A stretch of 64,000 nt of DNA from Trichoplax adhaerens (taxonomy: Eukaryota > Animalia > Placozoa). The notes beneath the pieces were generated by a model. The model saw nothing but the letters and a program-made list of their open reading frames with translations, had not been told where the DNA came from and did not search any database. A program made the translations under genes and the position numbers. The stretch covers positions 7,487,880 to 7,551,879 of the forward strand of contig NW_002060947.1 of the NCBI RefSeq assembly GCF_000150275.1. Direction: 5' to 3'. Shown one piece after another: positions 12,300 through 25,600 of this stretch (positions are counted from its first letter, which is position 1; every line of letters starts with the position of its first letter).

Positions 12300-12919
12300 T
12301 TAGACCCATAGGTCATATTTAAGATTGTTGTAATCATCTTCTTTCTCTGAATTATCAACAATTGAACTGAAATTAATTTTCGATCCAAGAAGCAATTGCT
12401 CGACATAATGATTTAAATACGAGTTATCCTCAATTTCCACACTGTAGATACAAGGCAGTCTTAGCACTCCGTAAGTTTTTGCTCTTTCGGTAATTATACT
12501 GAAAAAATAAATGAATAAATAATTATAACCAAAGATTGATTTATTAAATCAGAAAAGAACATGGTATTTTAGTCAATAATTATAATCAAGATAATGGTGA
12601 ACATACAGTACTAGATTGATGATTTCGAGAGGTAGATTAGCAATATCTATTTTACGAATAATATCCAATGTGGACTCCAATTATTATTGTTGACTTACCA
12701 TGTCACCGATGCATACAGCATGAGCGACCAAATAACATCAACCAAAACATCCAAGGTATAACCTAGGATTGTTCGTTCATCGTGGCTAATAATGGCCACA
12801 GCTCGCTCGCCAGACGAATTAGTCGCTAATCGACGAATTGCCAACTGACTATTTATATCTTTGCCTTTAATAAAAGCTGATGTAGGTAAGGCAATGAAGG
12901 ACGAAAAAAGGAAACGCAT
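12300..12919 (-). CDS. Possible two-exon orphan protein of about 139 aa (12919-12700 joined to 12498-12300)
   Basis: The 74-aa ORF ends at a TG|GTAAGT donor. A TTTTTTCAG acceptor at about 12499 continues the frame (CIITERAKTYGVLRLPCIYSVEIEDN...KYDLWV*). One hydrophobic segment (VLVDVIWSLMLYASVTCII). No homology recognised. Confidence 0.35.
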
Positions 12920-14999
12920 AGCTGATTTTTATGCTTGGATAAAGTAATCTTGATATGTTGTAAAATATTAATACGATGTCTAGAAACAACCGAGATGATT
13001 CAAACGTATAGTTTATTTTTAAGAAATAATTTTGAATGTGCATCAAGAAATAGATTCAATATCATGCAATGATTGCATTAGCAATTAAAATTAGTGAAAT
13101 GTGAAAATATTCAAGTCTTTTATAGAAATTGTTGACTATTGATTTATTTAATTCGATGCTACTTTATCATAATGTTGCCTGGAGTCGTTAATCAATTTGA
13201 ATACGTTGTTTACTTCTAGATGGATAATTAGAATTAATATTTTAATTATGAATGAAGATCAATAAAGAGGAAGTCTAAAACTTCTAAAAATAAACAATAG
13301 TCATCTTGAAAGAGCATTTCATCGATTGAAAGCGATCTTTAGATTATAATATAACACTATTCTAGCATAAAAGAAATGGATAGTTAACGTATGCTGTGAA
13401 AGCCAATTTTCATATTTTTCATAGTTCAATAACTATCATTAATGTTTTTTCACATATTAGCACCTTCAAGGTAGTTAACCTCCTTTCATACCGAGAAAAA
13501 AAAATATCTCACTAAAGAAATTCTATGCAAGAAAAAAAGGATATAATAACTTTCTTGAAATACCTGAATCTAGAAGTTAACTTAAAGAAATCCAATTTGC
13601 TACTCCATGAGCATATCGAAGGCAACTTTAAGTTTACAATACAACTATAAGTTAAAATATTTCAGTTTTTGCTGAGTATTGATTCTTTCTCCCACGCCCT
13701 TAAGCTGTATAGAAAATGATTATCGTTTAAAAATAAGCTATTGAAATAAAGTAATGGAGAATTTAATCGACATTGATGAAAAACTAGTGTAATCAATCAT
13801 GATAATTAATTAATGCTTTATAAAATAATCTACCCTCAATAATAATATCCTAAGATGCAATTCTCAATCCATCTTTGTTGACCTAGCAACATCATGATAC
13901 AATACTTTATTTCTCACTGGTATCTTTTTAATTTCAAATTAGAAATGCTCTAGATCTTACTGCAATTATAGGCTAGTATTTGGCCTGATATCAAGCATTG
14001 AATGTGTTTACCATCATAGAATACTTAGCTATCAAATAAACTAGAATTGATTTCATTTTGTTAATCTATCTATTGAATTTATGAAGTAAAACTTTACACT
14101 ACACTAAGTCCATTTGATGGCAAATGGGTAATAATGAAGCTGCTTGATCATCTTCAAATAAAACTGATTGAAAATGATTAAATCAAATTAAGATAGACAA
14201 TATCAATAATATCAGACGGAGATACTATTTTAACCATGGCCGTTTTCTCTCTATGGACAGTTTTAATTAATTTATTTACGTAATTTCAGCTATTGTTGGG
14301 AGATTGCATGCCATCATACCGGTGTTGAATTGTCTCTATCTTCAATATTAGTAGGATTTTATAAATGACCAATGAATTTGGCTACGGATGTTTTACAAAA
14401 CTGGACGATAATTGATATAAAGAAACTAAAAATAATATTAAAAGTGGAAATTTTTAATTATAATAATAGTTATGAATGAAATAATGATCGTCAAGGAATA
14501 TTTATTTCCGATTTACATCGACTACTCAAATCGTTGGATAATATTTGGACGATGCTAATGTCAAAATCTGTCTCTGTGTTTGCGATTGGTTTCATTTTTA
14601 GTACAATCAATAATGATAACTGATTGCTGTTTAATTTTTTGCTATACTAGTCAATATAGCTATCGATGTAAACAATCTTCAACGTGCTACTGCATGAAAT
14701 AATTAGGGCAGTTTTCATCTTTCATCAAGCTAAGATGAAAAGAAATAACTATAGTCCAATTTGAGCCATTAGATCAATAGCAGACAGCTGGGCAATTATT
14801 ATATTTAGAAAGACAAAGCTATCAGGCAATGTAAATTAGCGTTCTATGAATGTGATGATTGGTAAGCAAACCTAGACCAATAATAGATATACTCGTTACT
14901 ATCTTGCCCGGTATTTATTTCCTAGAAAAACAAAAGATGTCAAAATATACATATTAACTATAAGTTCAATGCGAAGAAAATGATTGATTAATTAACTTA

Positions 15000-16150
15000 T
15001 TTTAATATTTGCAGTTTCTTCGAAATTATTAACTAGTTTACTCACTGCGGTAACCAAGCATAAATATTATATCTTTAATAATAATATTTTCAGGGAATGT
15101 TAAAGTGCCAATGCTAGAAATTCTTTAATGACTTTTACTCGTCACGGTAACCAAATATCATATCCTTAATAATCATATCATAATAGTTACAGTCTCAGGG
15201 TATGTTAAAGAGCTAATACTAGAATTGATTTTTTACTCTTCATCATAACTAAATAAAAATATCATATTCTTAATACTTACATTTTCAGGATATTTTAAAG
15301 AGCAAATGCTACAATTGATTTTTACTCATCACGGCTACTAAATATAAAATATCTTATCATTAATAGTTAAATTCTCAGGAAATATTAAAGTGCTAATACT
15401 TAATCGACTTTCTACTCATTGCAGCAACTTAATATCAACATTATTTTTTTAACAGTTACGTTCTCAGGGTGTGTTAAAGTGCTAAAAGTAGCATATTTTT
15501 AACAGTCACAATCTCAGAATATGTTAAAGTCCTAATACTTTAATAGACTTATTTTACTCATTGCGGCAAGTAAGCATAACTATCACATCCTTAATAGTCG
15601 CATTTTCATGGTATGTTGAAGTGCTTATACTTTCATTGACTTTTTTAATATTTACTGTTTCTTCAAAATAATTAACAAGTTTATTCATTGCGCTAACTAA
15701 ACACAAATATTAAAAAATATATCCTTAGGGTATATTGAAGGACTTTTACTTTAATTCCCTTTTATAATGTTTACAGTTAATAATATGTTAACTAGTTTAT
15801 TCATCGTGCTAACTTAATATAAATATATCGTTAATACCGGTAGTTATAATATTCCCACAGTATATATATAAGTACTAGTATTCACAACACTTTTATTGAA
15901 ACTGGCGGACACTTCTCACATTCTTTACTGCCTAAAATTAAATATATGTAACAACGTTAACTTTATTTTCCATATGAAAACATGGTTGATTAATTTATTT
16001 TAGTAATATTTATAGTTTTCCAAATTGTTGATTATTCCATCCTTTGTGTTAACTAAATATAAATAGGAATAATAATTATATTTTCAGGGTACTTCTAAGT
16101 GCTTGTATGTATAACACTTAAATCGATGTAGTCTGGTAGTTCTTGCCGTG
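15000..16150. repeat. Degenerate tandem array of about 90-130 bp units (about 9-10 copies)
   Basis: TTTACTCA(T/C)...TAAC..AA.ATAAA...TCAGGG.ATGTTAAAGTGCTAA-like motif at about 15038, 15134, 15232, 15320, 15412, 15553, 15682 and 15797. Confidence 0.8.
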
Positions 16151-19100
16151 CTAACATAAATCATCTTTAATAATTCTCATAAGATTGCTCGACTCCATCA
16201 TAAGAGTCATTAGGACTATATTCTATAAGAAACCAGTAGCTAAGTGCTACTATAATTGTGGCCACTCGGTTTATTTCCGTCAAAGCAATGGGTAATTATG
16301 AGCTACTATCAGCTCTTTGTCTTCTAATTTAGAAGCTTGCAAACATGTTGAGCTGCTAATCTTGGCACGTGAATTTTCATTCCGCACTAAATTCAAAGAT
16401 TAAATATTATTATTACATGTTTCTACTTGAAATATAAATAGTTGTATTGATTACAGATTGGCTGAAAATAGCATGATAGGATACTGAATTGTTTTGCTAA
16501 CTAACGATTATACTGTAGTTGCAAAGCCTTAAGCTACGGAAACAGTGAGTGCATTCGCTGCTTGAATTCCGGCACTGGCTGTATTGACGTCATAACAAGT
16601 GGAGCTCTACTTGCCTATTAGAGCCACACGTATAATGCTGAAAAGGAAGGGTGCGATTTAGAATCACTTATATTGGTGCTTTAGAATGTTTTTGATACTA
16701 CAATCATGGCCGGGGGCATCCATTAAATAAAAGAATCGTTAATACATGGCTAAAAATCTTATCGCATTTAGGTAGCAAATTTGACCCTCAGCTAGTGCAA
16801 ACAGAGCATCAAAAACTAGTCGAAATATTCATTATTAATCAGTTATAATTACGATGTGCAATAAACTCTAGACTAATATTAAATTCATTTGGTAAATATT
16901 TTTAATCCATTTTTGTCGCATAGATATGCACTCCTGATCTAACATCAATTTTTTAAATTCAGTAAAATATTTTTTTACCATAAGATGGTTATGTAGTTGA
17001 TTTATTGTACCACTGATACACTAGCAGAGCAAAAAATGGTGCAGACTACATACAGAATTTAGTGCAATAAGACGTAGGTACCGTTTAATTCAAGTATTTA
17101 AAACTACGCAGCGAATCCTAAAGTCGTAATTGAGAATATAGATGAGCATTTCTTGAACGTTTGTAGATCATGTTTGTGTAGTAATTTGGTAGCAAGTTTA
17201 TGACTTAGGAATAGTGCGACTAATGCAAGTTGATCACCAAATCTAATTTCTCTCTACCACTAAATCATCGAAGAATATTCCTCAAAAAGGTAGATTAAAC
17301 TGTTTGAGCATAAGCTCTTGATAACAGTAAACAGTAAGCTCAACTGAAGTTTGCAGTTGAGCAACTGGGTACCATCTGACATTGAAAATTCGACTACAGA
17401 AGCGTAGAAATAGAGCAAATTTCATGTAATATTTTTAAACGGAAATAAAGTTTTTAAAAGAGGATATCCGCCGTTTCTTGACAAGCGTTTGCAATCAATT
17501 TTACCTACAGGGCATAAATCGTCCGTCTTAGGAATCGGAAGTTCAACCCTATTTAATCACCATCACTAAACTATTAATTCTTCAATAAATTACTTAAGTG
17601 CTATGCTGATATCCGTTTTAACCGAATTCACATATCTATACTCTAGCGATCTGGTATATAACGATTGCTCACTCATATTTTACTCAAATTCTTCATGTAT
17701 CCATTTCAATTCTATAAACTCTATTTAACTACGTATGTAAAAATTTCGTCAGTAATCAGAATTTCTCTATGTTTGCATACATGCATAACAGCATAGATAT
17801 AGATGAACTTCATATTAGTCCAAATTAAACAAAAATAAGTAAGTGTTTGACAAGTTAATGAGATACCAAAATTTCGAAATCATTCCTATCAAAGATCTGC
17901 TAAAAGCCGCCTAATGAACATGTATCTATATCGAAAGGAGCAAATTTTTAAAATTTTAGTTAGCAGTAATGACTCAATAATTATATTATTGGCTAGTATA
18001 TTGTATGAACACAGATACAAATACTATCAAATTTTTTATGACATATTTTTACAAAAGTATGTTGTTCGTCCATCAGACCTTGATTTAGCTAGCTATCAAA
18101 TTTTAATAGGCATTATTGTAAGAGTTCTTGGCTTACATGAGATTGAATAAATGTAATGCCCGTTATATTAAAGAGTATAGTTTATAGTTATTATTTTATA
18201 TAGACTTGATAATTTTACGATAGTTATTGTTAAAATTTAAATAAGAACTCTCATGGATGTTTAGTATTTATTACCATATCACCTTATCAATTATAAGTAG
18301 AGCTAGACCTAGTATTATTCTTTACCGAGAATTTGATCTTCAAAATTTGATTATTTATTGCTTGATATCTTCTACGACGCAAACCAATATGCTTTTATAG
18401 TAGCTGTAAATTAATTGTAAAGGAATAAAAGATTTCTAATTTAAAACAAATTATCCGCATTGTTTATTAACGATTGAAATTAGTATTACAAAATATTTCG
18501 CCTTGCATATTCGTGAAGAATGAAAAGGTCTATTTAGTTAGCTACTTATAGATTACTATAATAAAAACTAATGGAAAAATATTTGAAATAGCATACATAG
18601 TCACGTTTGTGAATAATACATTGAATGAAAATGCTGGAATGCTAACTCGAGTAATGTGTTCAAAAATTCCTTATTTATTTATGCAGAAATTCTCATCTAT
18701 TAATACAACTGCGATTATTCCAGAATTGAAGCAATTTATGGCACTAATTTTATAGTGAGCTTAGAAATAATTTTTAAATTGATATCGGCCTGGTGATCCG
18801 AAGCTAACAGACTTCTAACAAATATTTGATACTGCTAAAATACTCGTACGGCTTGATCCAGTGTGAATTATAGAACATTAAAGATATATGGGCGCTATTA
18901 TTCTTAAATACAGAAAATAGATTTTAAGAATTGGGATGCGGTAAAATTTCAAAAAATAAATCAATGTATCTCGGCTTTATTATTGCAACTGGTTTTAATT
19001 TAATATTAGATATGGTTATGGCTAATTGAGTGCGTAAATATAATAAAATTTGCAGTTAGCAAGAACGGCTACATTTGAGTTTATAAATGTTTTTCTCGTC

Positions 19101-20599
19101 TCATAATACGATGGTAATATGCACATAAAAACGATAGTGTCTTCCTGGAGTACTAGAGTTTTACTTATATCATTGAAATATTCTGATTTGCATATTTCAT
19201 TATTTTTATATCATGAGATGATGGGAAATGCAATATCAAAGAACTTACTGATCTAGTTTAAACTTCGAGCCCATACAATTCGATAAAGGTAGCTTACAAG
19301 TAGACTAGAGAAAAGGATCACCATGTAAAATTAGGATTGAATTGAATAAACTAAAAAGCTTTGAATTATACTCAAGCTTTCATTCATATGATAATTGCCA
19401 AAATTAATTTTGCATTGAGTGAGATAACAATCTAAATACAGGATCAATGTATGCTAAAAGCAGCGTACAATTTATCATACATGCTATAATTAATGATGAA
19501 TTTATCCAATCCTGAGGTAATAGTGGAAAATTTAGATCCAATTAGAATGAAAAGAGGCATAGAATCCGATTCAAATTGAAAAATTCATTCTATGTAATGG
19601 AAGATGTAATTTTAATACTTATTCAAATTCAAGTCATATATATCATTTAATTGATGTTCAGAAACGGCATCTATCTCAAAAATGAGGCTGTCTACGATGT
19701 TGTTGGGTAATCAGTAAAATCAATTTCATTTTAGCCGACCATTTGAGCAGAAATGTTTAAAATAATTAATCCTCATTCAGGTTATAGGAATAAGATTCTG
19801 ATTATCATTTTTTGCGATAAGGACTAGCACTGACTGCAAACAATTCGCACAAATCTATAACCGCGGTACCATTTTTACAGCATTTTTGTTAATATTTATG
19901 AATTACATTGCAGCGCATTGAATGTATAGGGTTAAGAGCATAAGGAAACAAAATTCTCATCTACTTTTTCTTAGCAAAATTGTAGAAAAAGTTTTAAGAA
20001 GCTACTTAAAGTAATAGTAAGGACTATTTAACTAGCTTCGATTCTATTTGATTGTATTGAATACTAGTATATAGCGACATTATTTAGCAGTTTCATCATA
20101 AAAGTCTCTAACTAAGGACCCGGTTCAATCAGAGCGTAAACGTATTTTTTAAAATAGATTTCATTACATTATATATCTAAAAAGATTGTTTAGTGGCTTT
20201 TCCTCATCGGATCGAAAGAGTTCATGATACTACTGTCGCATATTGTAATATACAGTAGCGAATTTCCTTTTGTGTAATCTGTAATAATATCAACTATTTG
20301 ATCGCAGATAGCTAATTATAGTCTGTTATGAATATGTATTACCGAAGTTATGGCGACAGACACACTGTAGATTTACTTATTAGTCTTACTTCATCCTCCT
20401 CAATAGCCCTCGCATAGTAACAGCTACCAACAGCTTTGCTCTTGCAATTTAGTATATTATTTAAGTAGTCATATTTTCGTTAATTGAGCTAAAGCTACTA
20501 GACAAAGAAAATTTTCTTGGACTTTTTATCCAAAATGAAATAGAATCGAATTAGAAACAATGAGTCTAAAGCTACGTCTTTTATAGCAAAATTATTGTT

Positions 20600-22100
20600 T
20601 ATACAGTAATCTATCTATTCGTCTATGAAATAGTGATAGTTGTAAATATCCAATCTATATCATGTAGACATGGATACTCATTAGAAATATATCTATATAT
20701 ATATATGTATATATAAAGATCGTGAATTATTTGATAATATTGTTTTCAGACGGCGATCAGACGAAATGAGCAGATGTCAACTTATCCGTAAATCTATGAA
20801 ATAGTGATAGCGCTAAGTTTCCGGTCTATAGCAAGTGGATAAGGATACTTATCAGAAATATATACTTATATGAGTATAAAGATCGTAAATTATATGATAA
20901 TATTGTTTCCAAACGACGATAAGACAAGATGAATAGATGACATTGTATCTACGAGTCTATGAAATAGCGATAGTACTAAGCATCCAGTCTGTATCATGCA
21001 GATGAGGCTATTTATCAGGAATATACATTTATACGAGTATAAAGATTACAAATTAGATGATGATACTATTACTAGATGATGACTAGACAAGATGGATAGA
21101 TGTCAACCTATCCGAGCATCTATGAAATAGCGATAGCACTATCCGGTCAATATCATATTGACGTGGATACTCTTTAGAAATAGATCTTATATGAGCATAT
21201 TCAGAAATCGCAAATTACAAGACAATATTTGTTTCTAGAAATAATTAGACATGATGAATTGATGTCAAAATATCCGTGCATCTATGAAATAGTGATAACG
21301 CTTACTATCCGGTCAATATCATGTAGATGTGGATACTCATTAAAAATTGATGTTTATACGAGTATATTCAAATATCGCAAATTACAAGACAACATTTGCT
21401 TTTAGATGATGATTAGACAAGATAAATAAGTATCAGCCTATCCGTGCATCTATGAAATAGTAATTGTGCTAAGTATTCGGTCTCTATCATGTGGACGTGG
21501 ATACTAATCAGAAATGTATTTTTTATAGATACAAAGATTGCAAATTATATCATAATATTGTTCATAGACGATGATTAGACAAAATGAATAAATGTTGACA
21601 TATCCGCGCATCTGTGTAATAATGATAGTTGTAAGTATCTAGTCTATACCATGTAGACGAGATTACCTTCCGAAATATATATTTACATAAGCAAAGGTCG
21701 CAAATTATATGATAACACTATTCTTCGGCGATGTTTAGACAAGATGAATAAATGTCAATCTATCCACGCATCTATGAAATAGCGATAGTTTTAAATTTCG
21801 GGTCTATATTATACAGACGAGGGTGCTCATCAGAAATAGTTGGTTATGTGAATATACTCGCATGCAAAGATTGCAAATTATAAAATGGCATTTTATTCCT
21901 AGAGGAGGATGAGACATGAGGAATAGATGTCAACTTATCCGAACATTTATGAAATAGTAATCGTTGTAGATATCCGGTCTACGTCATATAGAAGAAAGTA
22001 CTCATCAGAGTTAAATGTTTATGCGAGTATATTCATAGATTGCAACTTATATGTTAACACTGTTCCTAAACGACGATTAGACAAAATGAATAGATGTCAA
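20600..22100. repeat. Degenerate tandem array of about 160-170 bp units (about 9 copies)
   Basis: GACAAGATGAATAGATGTCAAC(T/C)TATCCG...TCTATGAAATAG(C/T)GATAG at about 20773, 20936, 21099, 21261, 21430, 21592, 21751, 21927 and 22093. Confidence 0.9.
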
Positions 22101-22667
22101 AATAAGGCTAGTATTGTTCTAATATCTATTCATAACGGTTTTTTATTATGTAGTCCTTCTTGGTGATACTTTATTTCATTCTATAATTCATGGTAACGAA
22201 GTAACGAATAATAGAAAGTAATTTTAATGTAGCACCAGGGGGTTTTAAGAAAAGTAAACATTTGTTGTTGATTGAATGGTAACTAGACAAGGCAAATAAT
22301 ATATGGAATGAAAGTTGACCTCTAAATCGGAATCAATACTACATGATCAAGTTTATTTGTTTCAATCAAGTTGAAAGAACCCTTAAAATGTGAGAGTAGA
22401 AAGCAAACTGTTACTCTAACTTTATCACTTGTTAAACTAGATTGAAGCGACGAATGCCAAGTTATTGTCCAGGAATGACGCTGGCTTTGATTTAAATTAT
22501 CAAATGGATATTGTAAGGATTAATACACGTCTATCATTGACGGGCAAGTTAGCGAAATAAATAAGTTTGTAACCGCTGAACCTAAACAAATATTGGGGAA
22601 GGAACGCTTCAAGTTAGTTTATCTGGCAGCCTTAGATTTCAATATTGCCATTCCATAAAGTTAAAGG

Positions 22668-25600
22668 ATGGACAACCCGTGCCATTCCAGTTCTACAGAA
22701 AGTGGAAATAATGTTAAAAGTGTCATTTCTTCAAAACTGCAGTTGGCAAAATTACGACAACAATTATGGCGACGCCATCAAATTCGAGCATTATCGATGT
22801 CTAATGTAAGTAGGAATAGAACTCTAGCAGAATTCCTGTAATTCTCTACCTTAGAAATCTAAATGTGGAAAAGTAGTTTTTAGGTTCAATCTTTGCATTA
22901 GTGTTATAAATAGCCGTCTTGACATTCATCTTTTCATTTACCTTTGTCATATGGACTTAATAGTGGCTGGTAACTTTTTTAAAATGGGCAATTTACAGTA
23001 ACATAATTTATCCTTTACTTTGCGAATTTATTATTTTATTTCCATTCTCTGACTATTTATACCAAGCTATTTGATACCTTTTTGGCTTAATCATTTTAAC
23101 TGAAGCTAATTTGAATCTTTTCGCGTAAGAAATCCTAATCATTTGAGTTTACTATCATGAAATGCACTATAGCTTTTAATGTCAATCCGGCTTTTGCTCA
23201 TGCCTGCATTTCTATCAATTATTTCTTTCGGCTATTGATCGAACAATTTCCTTCGATTAGCGTTAAATCAATTAACCAGTTTTATCTAAATTAGAGGGAT
23301 TTAATTTGAACTTTTCCAATCCAAAATTGATCATTACCCGTCATTTGTTAACAACTCCAATAACAAAGAAGGCTATAGTTCAATACCTTTGGTGATTGAT
23401 TTTAGACTCTAATCAAGTAAAAATCAAACAATTGAAAATAATTTAATGATTAGTTGTTAAGTCTAGTTCGATTTTAAACACGTTTAGCAAGAGTAATCAA
23501 TCAAATTCGATGACAACAACGAATATGATTGATGTTTATTACGATCGCTCAAGTTGACCTGTTACTACGTGTTTTAAAAGCTGCTCTCGTAGCCATAGAA
23601 GTAGGATTCAGATTTTAATATATCGTCATCTACCGACAACGGATTCGATCCTATCACTTATTTAAGCCATTCCAATATTTTTTATGGAGCCAAAAGGATA
23701 ACTTGAAATTTTTTTGATTAAAGTTTTGACATATTACCATCTATCGATAATAGATTCGATCCGATCTTCTATTTAAGCCGTTCTAATATTTGTTGCATGA
23801 TGCTAAAAGGAAAGCTTAAAATTCTTTTGATCAAAGATAGGAAATATTGCAACTTATCGACAATTGATTCAACTCCATTTCTTCTTTAACCGTTTTGATA
23901 TCCATTTTATCGCGCAAAAAGGGTAAATTCTTAGGTCAAAATTCTGCCTATCTATCGACAATCGATTAGATCCATTTTCCTTTTAAGGCGATCTAGATAT
24001 CCGTTTTTTTCTAAAAGGTCAAGGTTCAATTTGTTAGATCAAAGTTATGATATATTGGAATCCACCGACTATTTATTCGATCCTGTCTCCTATTTAACAG
24101 AAGGAGGTATCTGTTTTACCTTGAAAGAAAACATGCGATACAATTTCTTAAATCAAATTTTTGGCATATTGCAATCCATCGACGATCGATTTGACCCTAT
24201 CTACCATTTGAGAAATTCCGATACTCAGAAAAATCAGTTGATTATTTCCTATATAAGACATACCAATATTTATTTTATCTTAAAAAGACAATATAAAATT
24301 TCTTACATCAAAGTTTTAACAAATTGCAATCCATCAACGACTGATTTGACCCTATTTCCTGTTTGAGAAATTCTAATACTTAGAAAATAAGCCGATTTTA
24401 AGGCTCAACTATCGAAGTTAATATACTGTAGATCAGAGATCGACGCTGCTATGCAGTTTCGTTATTCCTTATTGGCCTACTTATAATTGAGTCAGCGATT
24501 AGGCCGCTAGATGCTCAATTCAATCGATCGTAAGTTAATATAGGTCAGAGATGTAGGCTGCGATGCTATCTCACTATTCTATACTAGCCAAGATTGAAAA
24601 TCAGCGATTGGGCCGCTATCAACAAGGATCGTTTTGCCTTTAAATTTTACGTAGACTAAACGATTTTGCTCTATCACTTCTTAAATACCATTGAAATTAT
24701 TAAGTGAAATAATTGCCATTAAATCAAGATTTTATTACATACCGATGCCAACTGTATTAATTTCAAGTCCTTAAACTTTATTAGGTCGTAGCAAGGATTA
24801 CCGTACAGTTATATTCTTTTTATTAGCTGTCTTTCTTTTCATATGCAGTCATGCCTAGCTTTATGAATGAAATTCTCTATTAAAGAAAATTTATTACCGT
24901 GAATAACGTTATTAAAAATCTACATTTACGTCGTTAGTATGGAGTTGTGTAGTCATGGTATAACTAATTGTACCTATATATCCATAAATGCGCATACGCA
25001 TCTGTTTATACCTAATATCTAGTGCTGCCGTCCAATTAAGGTGTATCGCGATAGATTAACGTGTTATTATGTAGATTTATATGTATTAAAATTAGTTTAT
25101 CAAAGAGGTTTACTCTTTCTATAGCTATGAGTTGGATACAATGAGCTGTGGACATTAATACTTAACTAGTTCAATAAATTTGTGCTCATATATATAATTT
25201 ATATGGAAATCGCGTATAATCTTAAGGCGATGATGAATCATATCCGTTAGTTTTACTTATAACTGAATGGAATTTGTATTAACAGCAGTTTGAATAATGA
25301 AGAAGATAAACGGAATTCCTTACTATTTTACGGGTATAATTTATGAGATGTTATTTCATCTACAGTTCTTAACACATACGAATACTTGCATTGATAAGTA
25401 AAATCCCTAGCTATTTAATAGCATAATTATTAGTGTACTGTATGCTGGCATAATTGTAAATTTCTTTTCATCTATACGCGTATTCCATAACCTCTCTATA
25501 TATCCTATCCTATTAATAGTTTCATCAATACATCTTGGAATGCGAATCTTATTCTCTCTAGCCAAAAGCCTTACATTGACTAGGCTTGAAAGAACTAGTT

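Noticed and set aside
6892-19940. TTAACCCTTT (6892) and TAGGGTTAA (about 19927-19935) as ends of one large piggyBac element
   Set aside because: The inverted match does not extend beyond TTAACCCT and no transposase lies between them.
21927-24366. ORFs 21927-22166 and 24031-24366
   Set aside because: Both lie inside degenerate non-coding arrays whose sibling units contain stops and frameshifts.
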